Assembly (NCBI GenBank): GCA_012295275.1
Contig: CM022669.1
Span: 15,438,001-15,502,000, forward strand
Length of the DNA: 64,000 nucleotides
DNA from: Chrysomallon squamiferum
Lineage: Eukaryota > Animalia > Mollusca
Reading direction: 5' to 3'
The position numbers and the translations under genes are program-made. Each line of letters begins with the position of its first letter. Position 1 is the first letter of the stretch. Of this stretch, positions 45,323 through 58,711 are shown piece after piece. Below the pieces are notes generated by a model, which saw only the letters and a list, made by a program, of their open reading frames with translations, was not told where the DNA came from and made no database searches.

Positions 45323-45861
45323 TACGTTTGATTGAATCTATGTCGAACTGTCACCTCTTAATCTGGTCTGCCATATCCAACTCTATCTGTTCTTTTGACC
45401 CTCTTGCCTTTGTCTCTTCGGCTCTGATCCTCTGTCTGTTCTTATCTCTACATCCATCTGTATGTCTGATTGTAATCATCATAATACTGATTGCAATTAT
45501 GATCACTGTCACAGCAAAAATGCGGTCAACACCCAAACAGAACCAAGAAACGGGACAGATTCTTTTTCCGCTTACATTTCATCAATATGATCATTTTGCG
45601 AAGGCGATCATCTAGAAAAATCGCTAATTAATCCACAGAATGCCTATTTAAAGCCTCATCCTTCTGGCTGAGCATTACATTTCCTGTGCTCGGCACAGCT
45701 GATAGATTGGGTTGTTTGTTAACCGGATGAAAGCTCAGTGAGGTCCGCGTATCAATCCCGAGAGTGGATCAGTCATGCGCACTCGCAATTAAAAACATTT
45801 TACAATTTGTTGAGCTCGCTGATAGATCGTAGTTCTCGGGGAAAAACATGTCCATTTTACA

Positions 45862-46170
45862 TTCTCTTGCTGACTGAGAAAACAAGATGATAAATCTTGG
45901 AAAATTGTGTATATATATATATATATAAAATATTACAGATGGCTGGTTTTGAAAATAAGATGTTAAAGTCTTGGAAAACTGTATTTAATTATTACAGCTT
46001 GTTACATTCTTGGAAGATGTTATCGAAAATTATTACAGATTGCTGACTGGAAAAAAAAAAAAAAAAAAAAAAAAAAACCTCCACAAAAAACCGTTAAATC
46101 TTGGAAAATGTATATAATTATTACAGCTTGCTGACTGAGACAGTTAAATTTTAAATCTTTAAATTGTATA
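45862..46170. repeat. Degenerate ~50-70-bp tandem repeat
   Basis: Blocks TTGCTGACTG, AAATCTTGGAAAA and ATTATTACAG recur four to five times, interrupted by (TA)n and poly-A. Confidence 0.75.
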
Positions 46171-46718
46171 CCGCTATCTAAAGATATTAAATCCCTGCAA
46201 ATTATTTACACGATGTTTTGACGATTAGTAGAGTTAGATCATCAGTCTGAAGCCACTGTTTGAGTGGATAAAGATACGTTTGCAGATATAAAGACAATTC
46301 AAATAAACCCACTGGGACAAGTCTAAATGTTAATAACTCGGCAGAACAGAAATTTGCTTCATTATGATGTCTTCTTTCTTTCTTTACTTTTTTTTTTTCT
46401 AATTTTCTTTTTTTTTTCTTTAGATAAGATGTTATACCCGAGAATAGTTGAGTTTTAACTTCATATTCATTCACTCCTTTTAAGCGGCATACTGATAGTT
46501 CACAAAATTTGTTTTCACGAGGAAAAAAAAAAAAAAAAAAGAAAAGCTCTTTCACTTCAAAAAATTATATCTTCTATTTAATATTTTGTTTGACGGTGAA
46601 CTGAACTGGGTTTGTATTAATTCCGCTTTTCAAAGGCGAAACCATTTTTCTTTTGGCTGAAGAAGGCAGTAGGTTTAAGCTTTACTTAAGCTTTAGGCTC
46701 CTACCAAAGGTGGGGGGG

Positions 46719-46854
<136 letters not shown>

Positions 46855-47078
46855 ATATTTTATATTCACACCACATCATTAGATTCACTTTACGGAACCC
46901 AGTGATTAACAATAAACCAGAAGTTCTTAAATTCTCCTTCCCAACTATATCGTCAACTAAAAATATCCTTATCCTTTCAACTTTCGCAGTAACTCATAAT
47001 TCAGTCAGTGGATATATCTGTAGTAACAAACAAAACGTCTCCGTTTTGTCTATGTGGACTGCTAGAATCGGGAGTTAA

Positions 47079-47118
<40 letters not shown>

Positions 47119-47705
47119 CTGATATATTTAGCAGCTGTCGACACAGTATTTCTTTTACTACATGCATTACTGAGAAGTCTTCCAAGAAAACAAGTCTGGG
47201 CCAACAAGTACTGTCTCATCAGGAGACAGATACAGACAAACAGATAAGTGTTGTACGTGGCGTGCTCGTTACCTAGAACGGATGGCGGTCTTGGGGGCGG
47301 GTTATTGAATTAATTTCCCTTATGGAGCGTTAGTGGTCTTGTTTAGTCTCCGTTGAAAATCTTCAGCTGACGAATTAAGTGGTGTGAAGAGAACACTGAC
47401 GTAGAGCGGATCTTGACTGGAAATGTGTAAGTGCTTGTATTGAAGACTGAATCAACAATATTATGAAACGTGTGTATACCGAGACACGAAGGTTTGACAA
47501 AATTTAATATATTTGAAAGGACGATGCATTTTTTTTTTAATTTTTTTTTAATATCGTAGTTGGAAAACGAAATTAAATTATATGAAGAAAATGAATTAGA
47601 TAAAGTCCTCCATCCGCAGTAGGTATAGAAAAAAAGATGATTAAAATATTATGAATGAATATAAAACAGATAAATCAATCGATAAAAAAACAGCAGCATC
47701 ATCAT

Positions 47706-47746
<41 letters not shown>

Positions 47747-47801
47747 ACAGCAATAATAATACCAAAATCTAGTGCCTCCTTTCCTGTTTGGCTATCAGTG
47801 T

Positions 47802-47923
47802 TTCTTCTTCTTCTTCTTCTTCTTCTTCTTCTTCTTCTTCTTCTTCTTCTTCTTCTTCTTCTTCTCCTCCTCCTCCTCCTCCTCCTCCTCCTCCTCCTCC
47901 TTCTTCTTCTTCTTCTTCTTCTT

Positions 47924-47953
<30 letters not shown>
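47802..47953. repeat. (CTT)n(CCT)n(CTT)n pure pyrimidine tract
   Basis: Read directly. Confidence 0.97.
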
Positions 47954-47954
<1 letters not shown>

Positions 47955-48540
47955 AACCGTTTCAATTTAAAGTTAGATCTTGGACCATGGTGATACCTTT
48001 TTTTTTACTAAAAACCTGGATTCACTCACATTGCACAGATAAATCGAATCACCCATCATTAATATGTGAATACCTACTACACAGCAATCAAAAAATTTAT
48101 ATTTTTTCCCCCTCAGCATTAATACTGTTATGTGGAGTGTTGTCGATTATAAATTATCATTACAGTCAAATTATGTGCAGTGATCTATAACAGATTCTTT
48201 CAGTGTAATTCCAAACATAGAGTTTATTTTCGAAAACAGTGATTCAGATAACATTCCCGTTTTTTAAAAAAAAAGTATTATCTCGGGACTGCACGGGAAA
48301 TTAAAATAATAAATAATACTAATAATTAAAAAAACATTTCTGGCACAATTTAAAACAAATTTGATTATTCATTCACAACTACATCAAATATCCTAAAAAA
48401 ACAACAGCTGCTAATTTAAATAATAAGAGAGTAACAAAGTACGCCTGTAATGGGATGAAACGTAATGTAGGACGATTTTACACGAACACATCAGAATGTG
48501 CTAATTAAATTTTATAGAGGTTTTCACTTTACGCTGTTAA

Positions 48541-48608
48541 TTCTGGCTGGGTGCCAGTGGTAGTGTGCGATCCCAGTTCCTACGTGATTTCACGCCAGTG
48601 GTTTAGTA
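48541..48608 (-). mobile_element. Possible decayed tRNA-type SINE head (second family)
   Basis: Reverse complement ...GTAGGAACTGGGATCGCACACTACCACTGGCACCCAGCCAG has a B-box-like GGATCGCAC in a GC-rich patch within AT-rich DNA. Confidence 0.3.
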
Positions 48609-49799
48609 ATTGTAAAACAGCTTGTTATTATACTGGGTGCCAGCAGAATGCCTGTCATTTTCAATTTTCACGTTGACAAGGACAATAATAATTATGTTTG
48701 TACTTATGTTTATGATTACGTCCTGTTTGGATTGGGAAAATTTGTTGTGAGTCGTTTCCATTTGCTCCTTACTTTTAAATATTTGAACACCAGAAGTAGG
48801 TGTGTATTATCGTTTGCTTGATTTATTTATTTATTTATTTTATTTAGTTAAATTTTAATTGGACTACTGTCATCATAATACTGAAAGTAAATACAATAAT
48901 AACTTATAGTTGCTATAATTTAACGTCTGATGTAAACAGCTTTCTACACAGTTATTAATATTATTTATTATTATTTTTTGTTCACCCAATACTGATAACA
49001 TATTTGAGCGCGCATTAGAAAGGATTTTAACTGTAGCTAAAAAATATATATAACCTTACCAAGATCTGAAAAATCTCTTCTTTTTTTTTTTTTTTTTTTT
49101 TCACCTTGTTTTTTCTTTCTCAGGCAGCTTCGATTATTTCTTAACACTGTGACGTCAAACAATTATGACGTCGTTTATCGCAATTACGCTATTATTACTA
49201 CAACAACAACTATTATTATTATTGTTGTTGTTGTTGTTGTTGACATGGCGTGCATGACGATAATGGAAATGATGACTACGTTGACACAATTAAAGATCAA
49301 TATCTAGCATACGTTTTCTCTTTTCTTTTTCTTTCTTTTTCCCTTCGTTTATATGGTTAAAATCTTCGATCGCAAATCTTCGGATGCACTCGTACGATTC
49401 CGTACAAGGTCTTTATCTCGAAAATGAACGAGGTGTGTCAAATAATATTTAATTAGCGTTTTTCAAACGTATTAACCTCAGAATCCTTAATAAATATACT
49501 TCGAAAACGTCATCGTTTTCCTTCCTATCTTCATCTAATACAGATTATTTTTGTTTTGAAGGAATTCAGTGGAATAACTGCAGGAGATTCAGGTTAGAAA
49601 AGTCTTATCTTTGACCGGCAAATTAAGTACGGTGCATTTTGATTTTTATTGTACAAACTGAAATTAAGGAGTGTAGCTTATGGAATGTATAACAACAACA
49701 ACAACAACAGCAACAACAACAATAATAATGATGATGATAATCAAAAGAAGAAAGAAAAACACTAACCAAACAAATTTGTCATTCATTCATACCTTCACG

Positions 49800-49854
<55 letters not shown>

Positions 49855-50116
49855 AATAAAATAAAATAACTTACGTTTTAAGATAAAGGAAAATATCATC
49901 ATTCAAATTTCCTAACTAATGATTAAAAAACTTAAAACAGAAATACTCCTAAAATCAAAAAATCTTTTCACGAAACAATATTTGCTTTACAGAGCATGAA
50001 TCAGTATTTTGGTTACTGACCTTTTTCGCTGAAATATTATATTATTAATTAATGAAATAGATATATACAGATGGTTAGATAGAAAGACAGTCAAACAGAA
50101 AAACACAAAGACACAC

Positions 50117-50119
<3 letters not shown>

Positions 50120-50192
<73 letters not shown>
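50120..50192. repeat. (GA)n microsatellite
   Basis: Read directly. Confidence 0.97.
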
Positions 50193-50193
<1 letters not shown>

Positions 50194-50487
50194 ATTATTC
50201 AGCACTAGGTCATCAAATTCTTAATCGATAATCTATGGTTTACCCCACTGTTCCATTTTAACATTTATAATTCTTAGACGTACCCGTTCAGATGTATTAA
50301 ACAAATATACGTTTGGTGTTCAAAAATAGGCACAGACAAATTAAAATAAAGCTTGACATAATTATATTTTTTAAGTCGCCGATTCCTGCTCGAATAACCT
50401 ACAAAAGACAATCTATAACAATTGGTTACTTGTCTGTTTTAGCAATAGGCAACCACACAACAATAACAATAACAATTCTGAAAGAGG

Positions 50488-50526
<39 letters not shown>

Positions 50527-51461
50527 CCCATAAAAAACATGATAAATAAGAGAGACCATCTCTGTATTCTGTAGGAAAAGAAAAAGAAGAAGAATATAAA
50601 AGAAAGATTTACGATGCAGTCTGGTGTGAGAATGTGATAAAGTATTCGGATTCGCGAAAACACGCAACAGTTGAAACGATAATGATTATCTTTTCTTGTA
50701 ATCTGGTCTATTAATCTAATAAAACGAATGCATTTAACAGTGTATATCAGTAGGTTAATTGCCAAAAGTAGGAGAAAAATACTCCATTTGTAACGATGTT
50801 GAAAGAAAGAAAGAACTAAAAAAGAATAATAATAATTAAAAAAAAAGAACAGAAAAAATAAAATGATATCAGGAAAAGTTTAAAAAGTCAGAAATGACAA
50901 AGGAATGATTCTCCAGAAGAATTAATTTCTTTTCTTAGCCTTATCTTGTGTAAAGATAAGGTAAATGAACGCTAGACGAAAGTTTAGAATTCCTGTAACG
51001 TCTGGGTGTGTTTTACACTTTATTTTTATCTTTATACTTGTTCTCAGATTGTTGTATATAGAAAAAGAAAATGAAAAGAAAACAGCTATCAGACAGCTGC
51101 ATCTCAAAAAAAAAAAAAAAAAAAAAAAAAAACCCGCCCTTCAAAAAAACCCAACAACCCCTAAACATCAAGAAGTTAATATAGGAAGTAAGTAAACAAG
51201 AAAGCAAGTAAATAAATAAATAAACAAACAAAAGAAAACAACTACATATATATATAGTTAGACAAATAGATAGACAGAGAGATAGATAAAAACACACACA
51301 CACACACTAGGAAGAAAGAAATGAAAGAAGGGCGAAGGAATCAAACATATACAATTTTATTTTTACTGAACTGAAAACCTGTGGTAATGCACCTTACACA
51401 TAGTATTACACTATTAAAACCAGTAGATTTAATTTTCACATATCCTGTTTCAACTAAGAGA

Positions 51462-51610
51462 AATCGATCACGTATTCTCTCGAAATCACGTTAATTTCTC
51501 TACCTTATCAAAAATAACTTGAAAACTTGTCGAATTCTGTAGGTGAAAGATCTAAACACAATCGAGACAGGAAGAAATGATATGAAATTAGAATCAACTA
51601 GATTGAATTT

Positions 51611-51682
<72 letters not shown>

Positions 51683-51845
51683 GTACTTGTTTCGGCTATG
51701 GGGTATCGATCACGTATACTCTCGGTGTTCATGCTATTGAAGAATCTGTTAATTTCTCAGCATTAGCTGGAAATACCCGAATTCTACAGATGAAAGATGT
51801 AAACACTATCGAGACAGCAAGAAATGATATGCAATTAGAACCAAG
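51462..51845. repeat. Diverged direct duplication (~135 bp x2) split by (TA)n
   Basis: 51462-51597 and 51705-51845 share ATCGATCACGTAT, GTTAATTTCTC, CGAATTCT, TGAAAGAT.TAAACAC.ATCGAGACAG.AAGAAATGATATG.AATTAGAA. Confidence 0.9.
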
Positions 51846-52234
51846 ATGTGTACATGATATATCTAATCTTCGCTTCCGCATTCTATTCCAGCATGCGAAG
51901 AAATATATGCATTGTGACAGACTACTTTCCTAAATTTAGACCCTCAAGTGCAAGGGAATCGTATTCAGGTATTCAGTACGGTCTCTTTGGCCTGAATGTG
52001 CTTCAAGTCACCACATTGAATTAGTGATCTATTTCGAGATCACTTTCTTTACTGTTTGGGCGTAATCCCTCGAGTCAGGCAGATTTTTAGGACTCATGAT
52101 AAAATGAACTTTCTCCTTCTTTTCTAACGTGTACCATTTTTCAGCTAATTGCTGCTAATAGTTTTAGCCTTAACTATTTACTGCAGAAACGCATTTGTAC
52201 TGTTAATACTGTAGATTAGTGACCAAAATTAGCC

Positions 52235-52237
<3 letters not shown>

Positions 52238-52320
<83 letters not shown>

Positions 52321-52330
52321 TATATATATA
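52238..52330. repeat. (GA)n(TA)n microsatellite
   Basis: Read directly. Confidence 0.97.
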
Positions 52331-52677
52331 GATATATGGTGTTTTATTATGCAATTGTAAATTGAACGATCTGAAAAATGTAATGGGAAAATGAGTGTGT
52401 TTGTGCAATGATTAGTTCTGATCTCTGTCATTTGTAACTCTGTACATGTCAGTTCATTGTTCGAAAACAGTTGGTGGTAACGGTCGTCAGTTTATCTTTC
52501 AGAACTTTAAAAGTTTCTTCACATAATCGATATTAATGTATACATGCATGCTTGTATTTATTTATGTTTGTGTGTATCTATTCACATGTGTATATGTATT
52601 TAAGTATGTTAGTTCAGGTGTATATATATATGTCAGTATCTGTTGTTTGTTATATGTCTATATGTATGTATATATCG

Positions 52678-52719
<42 letters not shown>

Positions 52720-53551
52720 ATTAATATTTAGTTAAGTATGCAATCACTAATGCACATTATGCATTTACATAATATTATGTAGATGTGACAATTAATACAT
52801 TTTAGTTTTCGGTTAATGTTTTTCCTCGAAGAACAAATCAATTAATCATTTATCTCCGTTCTGTATAACCTCTTTGGTCCATTGTATGCATTGTCTCCTC
52901 TCTGCACTAAGTCGGCCGTTAACCTAAAACTATTTCCCCACGGAGCCGACGGACATTTGCATGGTTATAATCAGCGAAGAGCGATGAACGCCGTCGAAAA
53001 GAGCGTCAGTCTGCTGAACTTCACACAGACTTGGTTTTAGCGGTTGCTTCGGAGGAAAGACTGGAGGGAGCTAAACTGTTAGCACTAGAGAGTCTGAAAA
53101 CATGACATCTGACGAGCTGGAGATTGATTGATGTATTAGTACGTACTCGTCAAGCCTAGATTGCATGAAAGGCAACAGCATTACTCCATCAGTACGTACA
53201 TACCGTACACACACAAAAAATACTAGCACTTTTCGACTAACCATGTGGCGTCTGTAAGCAGCTTTTCTGTTATTAATCCTTGCACGAGTCGATACTGGGC
53301 CGGCTCACCAATTGTTGGCGATACTTAGTTAATAATGTGCAATATTTGGAATACGATGTTAGTCCTGTTAACCGTTGGTAATATTTTAGGGGATAGTTTT
53401 CTTACATGATGGTTTACAAAGAAAACGTCCAATCAGTTCCATTTAGTTTGATTAAAACACACAGCGAGAACATGAAATTTTAGAATTGGTATTTATACAG
53501 AATCTACGTTTCACTGGTAGAATCAGTATAATTCTGTCGTCACTCATCAAG

Positions 53552-53575
53552 AGCTGTGGTCGGAACGGGAAATGA
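53552..53575 (-). mobile_element. Short remnant of SINE family A
   Basis: Reverse complement ATTTCCCGTTCCGACCACAG resembles the shared motif. The match is short. Confidence 0.25.
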
Positions 53576-54853
53576 TAACTCGATTTTTATATCAGTATCT
53601 GGTAAATGTTTAGTTATTTGTCAGTTTGTATTAACATGATTTCAAATATGTATGTCTGATCACTCCATCGTGAACTTTCGGGAAAGGATAAATAGTTTGT
53701 GTTTTAGCGTTAAACAAGTTAAAAAAAAATTATGATGCATTTTTTTTCTCAAAATTTATCAGTATATAAATATCTTAAGTGACGCTCTTGATGCCGTTTT
53801 CAACCATCTTCAGACAACCAGGAGATCGTATAAATCCACTAATGTTCTTGTGTTGTTGTTTTTGTTTGTTTTTTTTTCTCTGTTAACAGATTTAGGAACA
53901 AGAGGTTTTTCGGTGTAAACTTTGTTAATGTCCTTAACAGAAAAAAAAGAAAAAAAAAGAAATACAAATGGCTTTTCCATTTTTTTTTTTTTCAGCCGGA
54001 TACCTGTGTCCCAGTGTAGTGGTTTATTTATTAACCGACTTTCGTATCGTAAGACAGGTTTTATATATATATATATATATAAACCTCTTAATTAGTTCAG
54101 TCTTCAACTGAATTAAAAGTCTACTCATTTAACACATCGCAATGGAACCGGTTGGGTTCTTTTTCTTCTGTTCTTCTGCTTCTTCTCTCCGTCTGTCTGT
54201 CTTTTTCTTTATCGGTCAATCTGTAATGACATATATGACTATTTGGCTGTCAATGTGTGTGTCTTTTCTTCTTCTTTTTTTTTTTCCGACTGCCTGCTCT
54301 CTTTCTGTTGGTCAATGAATGCTTTTAATAAAAAGAAAAAAAAAAGAAATCTAATTCTATAATGTAGTGGAAACGTCAATGGAAGCTGAGGTGGCAGGTT
54401 CACTGTTCACCTATCGGACTGTGAAAAAAAAGAGAGCAGAATTGACTAGGTCGTGTTTCTGTTACTTACGGATGATTACAACGCATTTATCTGACACGCG
54501 AATCAATCACGGCACACCAGACTTTAATCTGTTACGTGAACGCTTCAGAAGAAGCAGGTACGATTTCCGATGATGATGATGATATGAAAATTATTATTTT
54601 TATTATTACTTATTTCAGCCTTACTTCATTATCAAAATGGGTTTCTTTTGTTTAATTTCTTAATTCTTTCGTTCTTTCTTCTCCTTCTCCTTCTTATTTT
54701 TATTATTATTATTATTTTTTTTTTTTGTCACAGAGGCAAAAACGATTTTGTCAGCAGTGTCTAAAGGTTTCAGCAGACTGCGATATAACGCGGCAAACGG
54801 CATCAGTAGTACAGCTATCACTATATGAAACTCATTGCAATGTGTAAAGGTTC

Positions 54854-54855
<2 letters not shown>

Positions 54856-54930
<75 letters not shown>
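54856..54930. repeat. (CT)n microsatellite
   Basis: Read directly. Confidence 0.97.
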
Positions 54931-54932
<2 letters not shown>

Positions 54933-55387
54933 GTTACTTCGTAAGACGGTTTATATAAGTACAATTTGCCATAATCCTTTTGTTATTTACATCGATCGAA
55001 ATGTCTCGATATATATTATCGCCTTACATGTGTACAGCATAAAGACTACTTAGTTTTCTTCCTTCATTTACGAGTGCAGTTTACAATACGATTCTATAAT
55101 TACGTGCGAAAAATCTATAGCATATGGTAATGACAACAGTTGGCGTACATGTTAAAAAGCTATTTATTTTAATTTACTATGTAATTAATGCCACAAACAA
55201 AAGGTGCTGAAATGATATAACTATTAAGAAAGTAACATTTGTACTTAGCATTGGAACTGCACTGTTACCTCAAGTTGCGTGTAATAATCGGTAACTGGGT
55301 CAAGGTCGTTGGTTTATTTGCGGGAATGTGGCGTGATCTCAGTTATCTTTAATGGATACAAATACAATAAGATAACAATAATGATGT

Positions 55388-55463
<76 letters not shown>
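55388..55463. repeat. (AAT)n/(ATT)n head-to-head microsatellite palindrome
   Basis: Perfect 50-bp palindrome T(AAT)8|(ATT)8A at 55414-55463. Confidence 0.9.
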
Positions 55464-55464
<1 letters not shown>

Positions 55465-55803
55465 AAAAACAACATATGAACTTTCTACCTATATAAGTCA
55501 GTTTTGAAACAGTTTTAAAAACATTTTTTGGAACTGAAAATGCACTTCTACGCTATAACTGGCGTATTGTGGTTTTCGATGAAGGCCACTGGCCTGGTTT
55601 TGAAATACTGCGTGTCGCAAATTACACGCAATGAGGTTTTTACTACAGAGATCACTCGTAGTGAAGAAATTTTTTTTTTTTTAATAATAATAATAATAAT
55701 CTCTCGTAACGTTGCTTGCACTGTATAACGATGAATATGTCGCTTGTAGCAATATATCGACTTTTGTGTATGATTATTTTAAAGCTGAAATTTATCTTCT
55801 AAA

Positions 55804-55856
<53 letters not shown>

Positions 55857-56308
55857 ATACAATATTTTGATTTGAATTAAAAGAAACCATTAAAGTTCTC
55901 CTGATTTTTAAAAGGAGACAAAAATAAATAATAATAATACAAGAAAGAAAAGAACACAGGAAAAAGAAATGGCGTCATGAAAAATAAAAGGCCTTTGAAA
56001 GTGAGTATCGAATCATAATAAAGTTAGTTGAAAGCCATCACGTAATAATTTCAGAAAAATGATGCTAGCGTGGGAAGACAGTTAATTCACACAAACACGT
56101 AATTCCAGTGGACGAATTGTTCACGACTTCCCGATTAACCACAATTTCAGGCGATCCAAAATAAAGCGAGACATTACTCGAAGAAAAAAAGGCGCTGCTA
56201 AAAAAGGGGAACGGTTTTTCGGAACGGAAGTGGGCGGAAAATAAAAAATTGCTATTTTCAGACATTATTGCATATGGAGGTATAATATAAAAGCATATAT
56301 TATTTAAA

Positions 56309-56348
<40 letters not shown>

Positions 56349-56514
56349 CAACAACAACATAAATAAGAGTAATAAATATCAGCTTTACAATTCAGAACAT
56401 CAAGAGGTGCAATCATTATCTGTTCTAGAAAGACTGTTCTTTTCTTCTTCTTCTTTTTTTTTTTTTTTTTTTTAAATTTTTAGCCCGCTTTCTTTCTTCT
56501 TCAACTTCTTCATC

Positions 56515-56566
<52 letters not shown>

Positions 56567-56872
56567 CCCTTTCAGCTTTTGCTAGGATATGGACAACACT
56601 GACGACCGTAGGATTCTGGTAAAAATGACTGAACTCCAAGCTTTTGCAAAATGTGCGCCGTAGTAGATTTATCAAAGGCGGCGGTTTGTGCTGTTTTTCA
56701 TCTATGTAGGACAACGAGTTTTGATGCTAATCGTTAAGTGGCAACATCGGTTTCCTTTCTAGTATCATTTTGTAAAGAAAATACGCATAATAAATACAAT
56801 GTCGTTAAATAAATATGTTCATTAAGATTTCCTTTCTATTTAAATACTTTGAATTTTTGCACATAATTATGT

Positions 56873-57003
<131 letters not shown>

Positions 57004-58672
57004 GAAACAAGAACAGTAAAACGTACATTTAAATTCTCCGGCATGTAGGCCTACTTTATTAGCAGTCAGTTAACTTAAAAGTACTCTTAAACGACTGAGC
57101 TCGCTAATAAAATATGCATATGCTTTGTAGAGCACAACAATACTGAAATAATTAACGGACTTTGAAGTAAAATGTATTTTCATCCGAAAATGTCAAAGAA
57201 ATATCAAAAGTCTTTTAAGGAGCGAAAAAAAAAAACAAAAAAAAACATCAAATAACAAAATCAAAATGAAAGAGTTTATTCTTTATGGAACATTACTAAG
57301 GAAACCATGCGAAATGACGAGTGCCATTATTGAAGTTTTATGATCTGTACATATATAATTTATGTTTGGTCATAAAAGTCTGTGTGGTTTTATTGTGTGT
57401 TTATACATATATGTTTGTCCACAATGTGGTTAAGCGGGAAGTTGCAAAAGCTTGTATTAGTTAAATCAATATATTCCTAAGTAATGAAATTAATACATTT
57501 TTGATTAGGTCAGCATATTTTAAATATTAATGGGATATTATGTTTCATTAATATCCTTTTATGTATGTGTTTGTACGTACGTACGTATGTATGTATGTAT
57601 GTATGTATGTATTTATGTATATGTGTGTGTATGTATGTATGTATGTGCGTGTGTGTATATATGTATGCATGGTATGTATGTTTATATATACATATCGTTT
57701 GTGTAAATGTCTACAGTATATCAATTCTTGTATGTATGTACCTTTGTTTCTTTCTTGTTTTTAAATTGTATTTAATCTAGAAGGTCATTACTCATCTGAG
57801 CTGGAAAAATAATTTGTTACAAAAATATTTACTCACTGCTACAGAATTCCAAAAGCGCGGGACGGGGAGGAAGGCAAACTTTCATCAGTGCAGTGTACTG
57901 ATCATATTTGTTCTTGTACAAGTTTCTAATTTGAACCCAAAGATCAAGTGAGTTCATGCAGAAGGACAGATAAGAGCGTCGAGGAAATTCGTATTTGCCC
58001 AATTTCGCGAACCCAGTGTCGAAAAAAGCAAACGAATACTGACAGTCATGAAATGAATTAAAGCACAGTGCTATTATTTGATGTAAACGAGTTTCACCAA
58101 AGAAGACATTCGTAAAAATAAAATAATAAAAAATAAAAAAGCAATGAAAATTGTTATCTTTTATTAATATCGCGAGAAATTATAGAATCATTTTTTGTTT
58201 GTTTGTGTGTTGACAGACTTTGTTATTTCTTTCTTTATATTCTTATTTGTTTGTTTTATTTCGTTTACTTTGTGAGTTAATAGCAATAAGATTGTGAGTG
58301 TATGTAGACGTAATCATGGATGTTTTTAATCTCTGTAATGAAATTCGCTTTCTGTATTCGTTGTGTATATGTTCGTGTGTGCGTGCATGCGCGTGTTTGG
58401 TGTGTGCGTCTGTCTGTATGTTTATGCATGTACGTATGTATGTAGTTACATATGTACGTATGTATTTGAATAAATAAGTGGAAACATACTGACAAATAAT
58501 CATTCCATTTATCAGATATACAATAAATACAAAACAGTTCACGCCTTATTGACGATAACAGAGTAGTTACTTTAATAAGCTGTTAATATGCAACAAACTG
58601 TTTCACCTGATGCCAGGGTAAATGTGCGATCGCTTATTGTTCATTTACTATACTTATACAATCTCTTACATC

Positions 58673-58711
<39 letters not shown>

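Noticed and set aside
51376-51400. TTA CCA CAG|GT on the minus strand as the end of the missing TM4 exon
   Set aside because: In-frame TAA immediately upstream.
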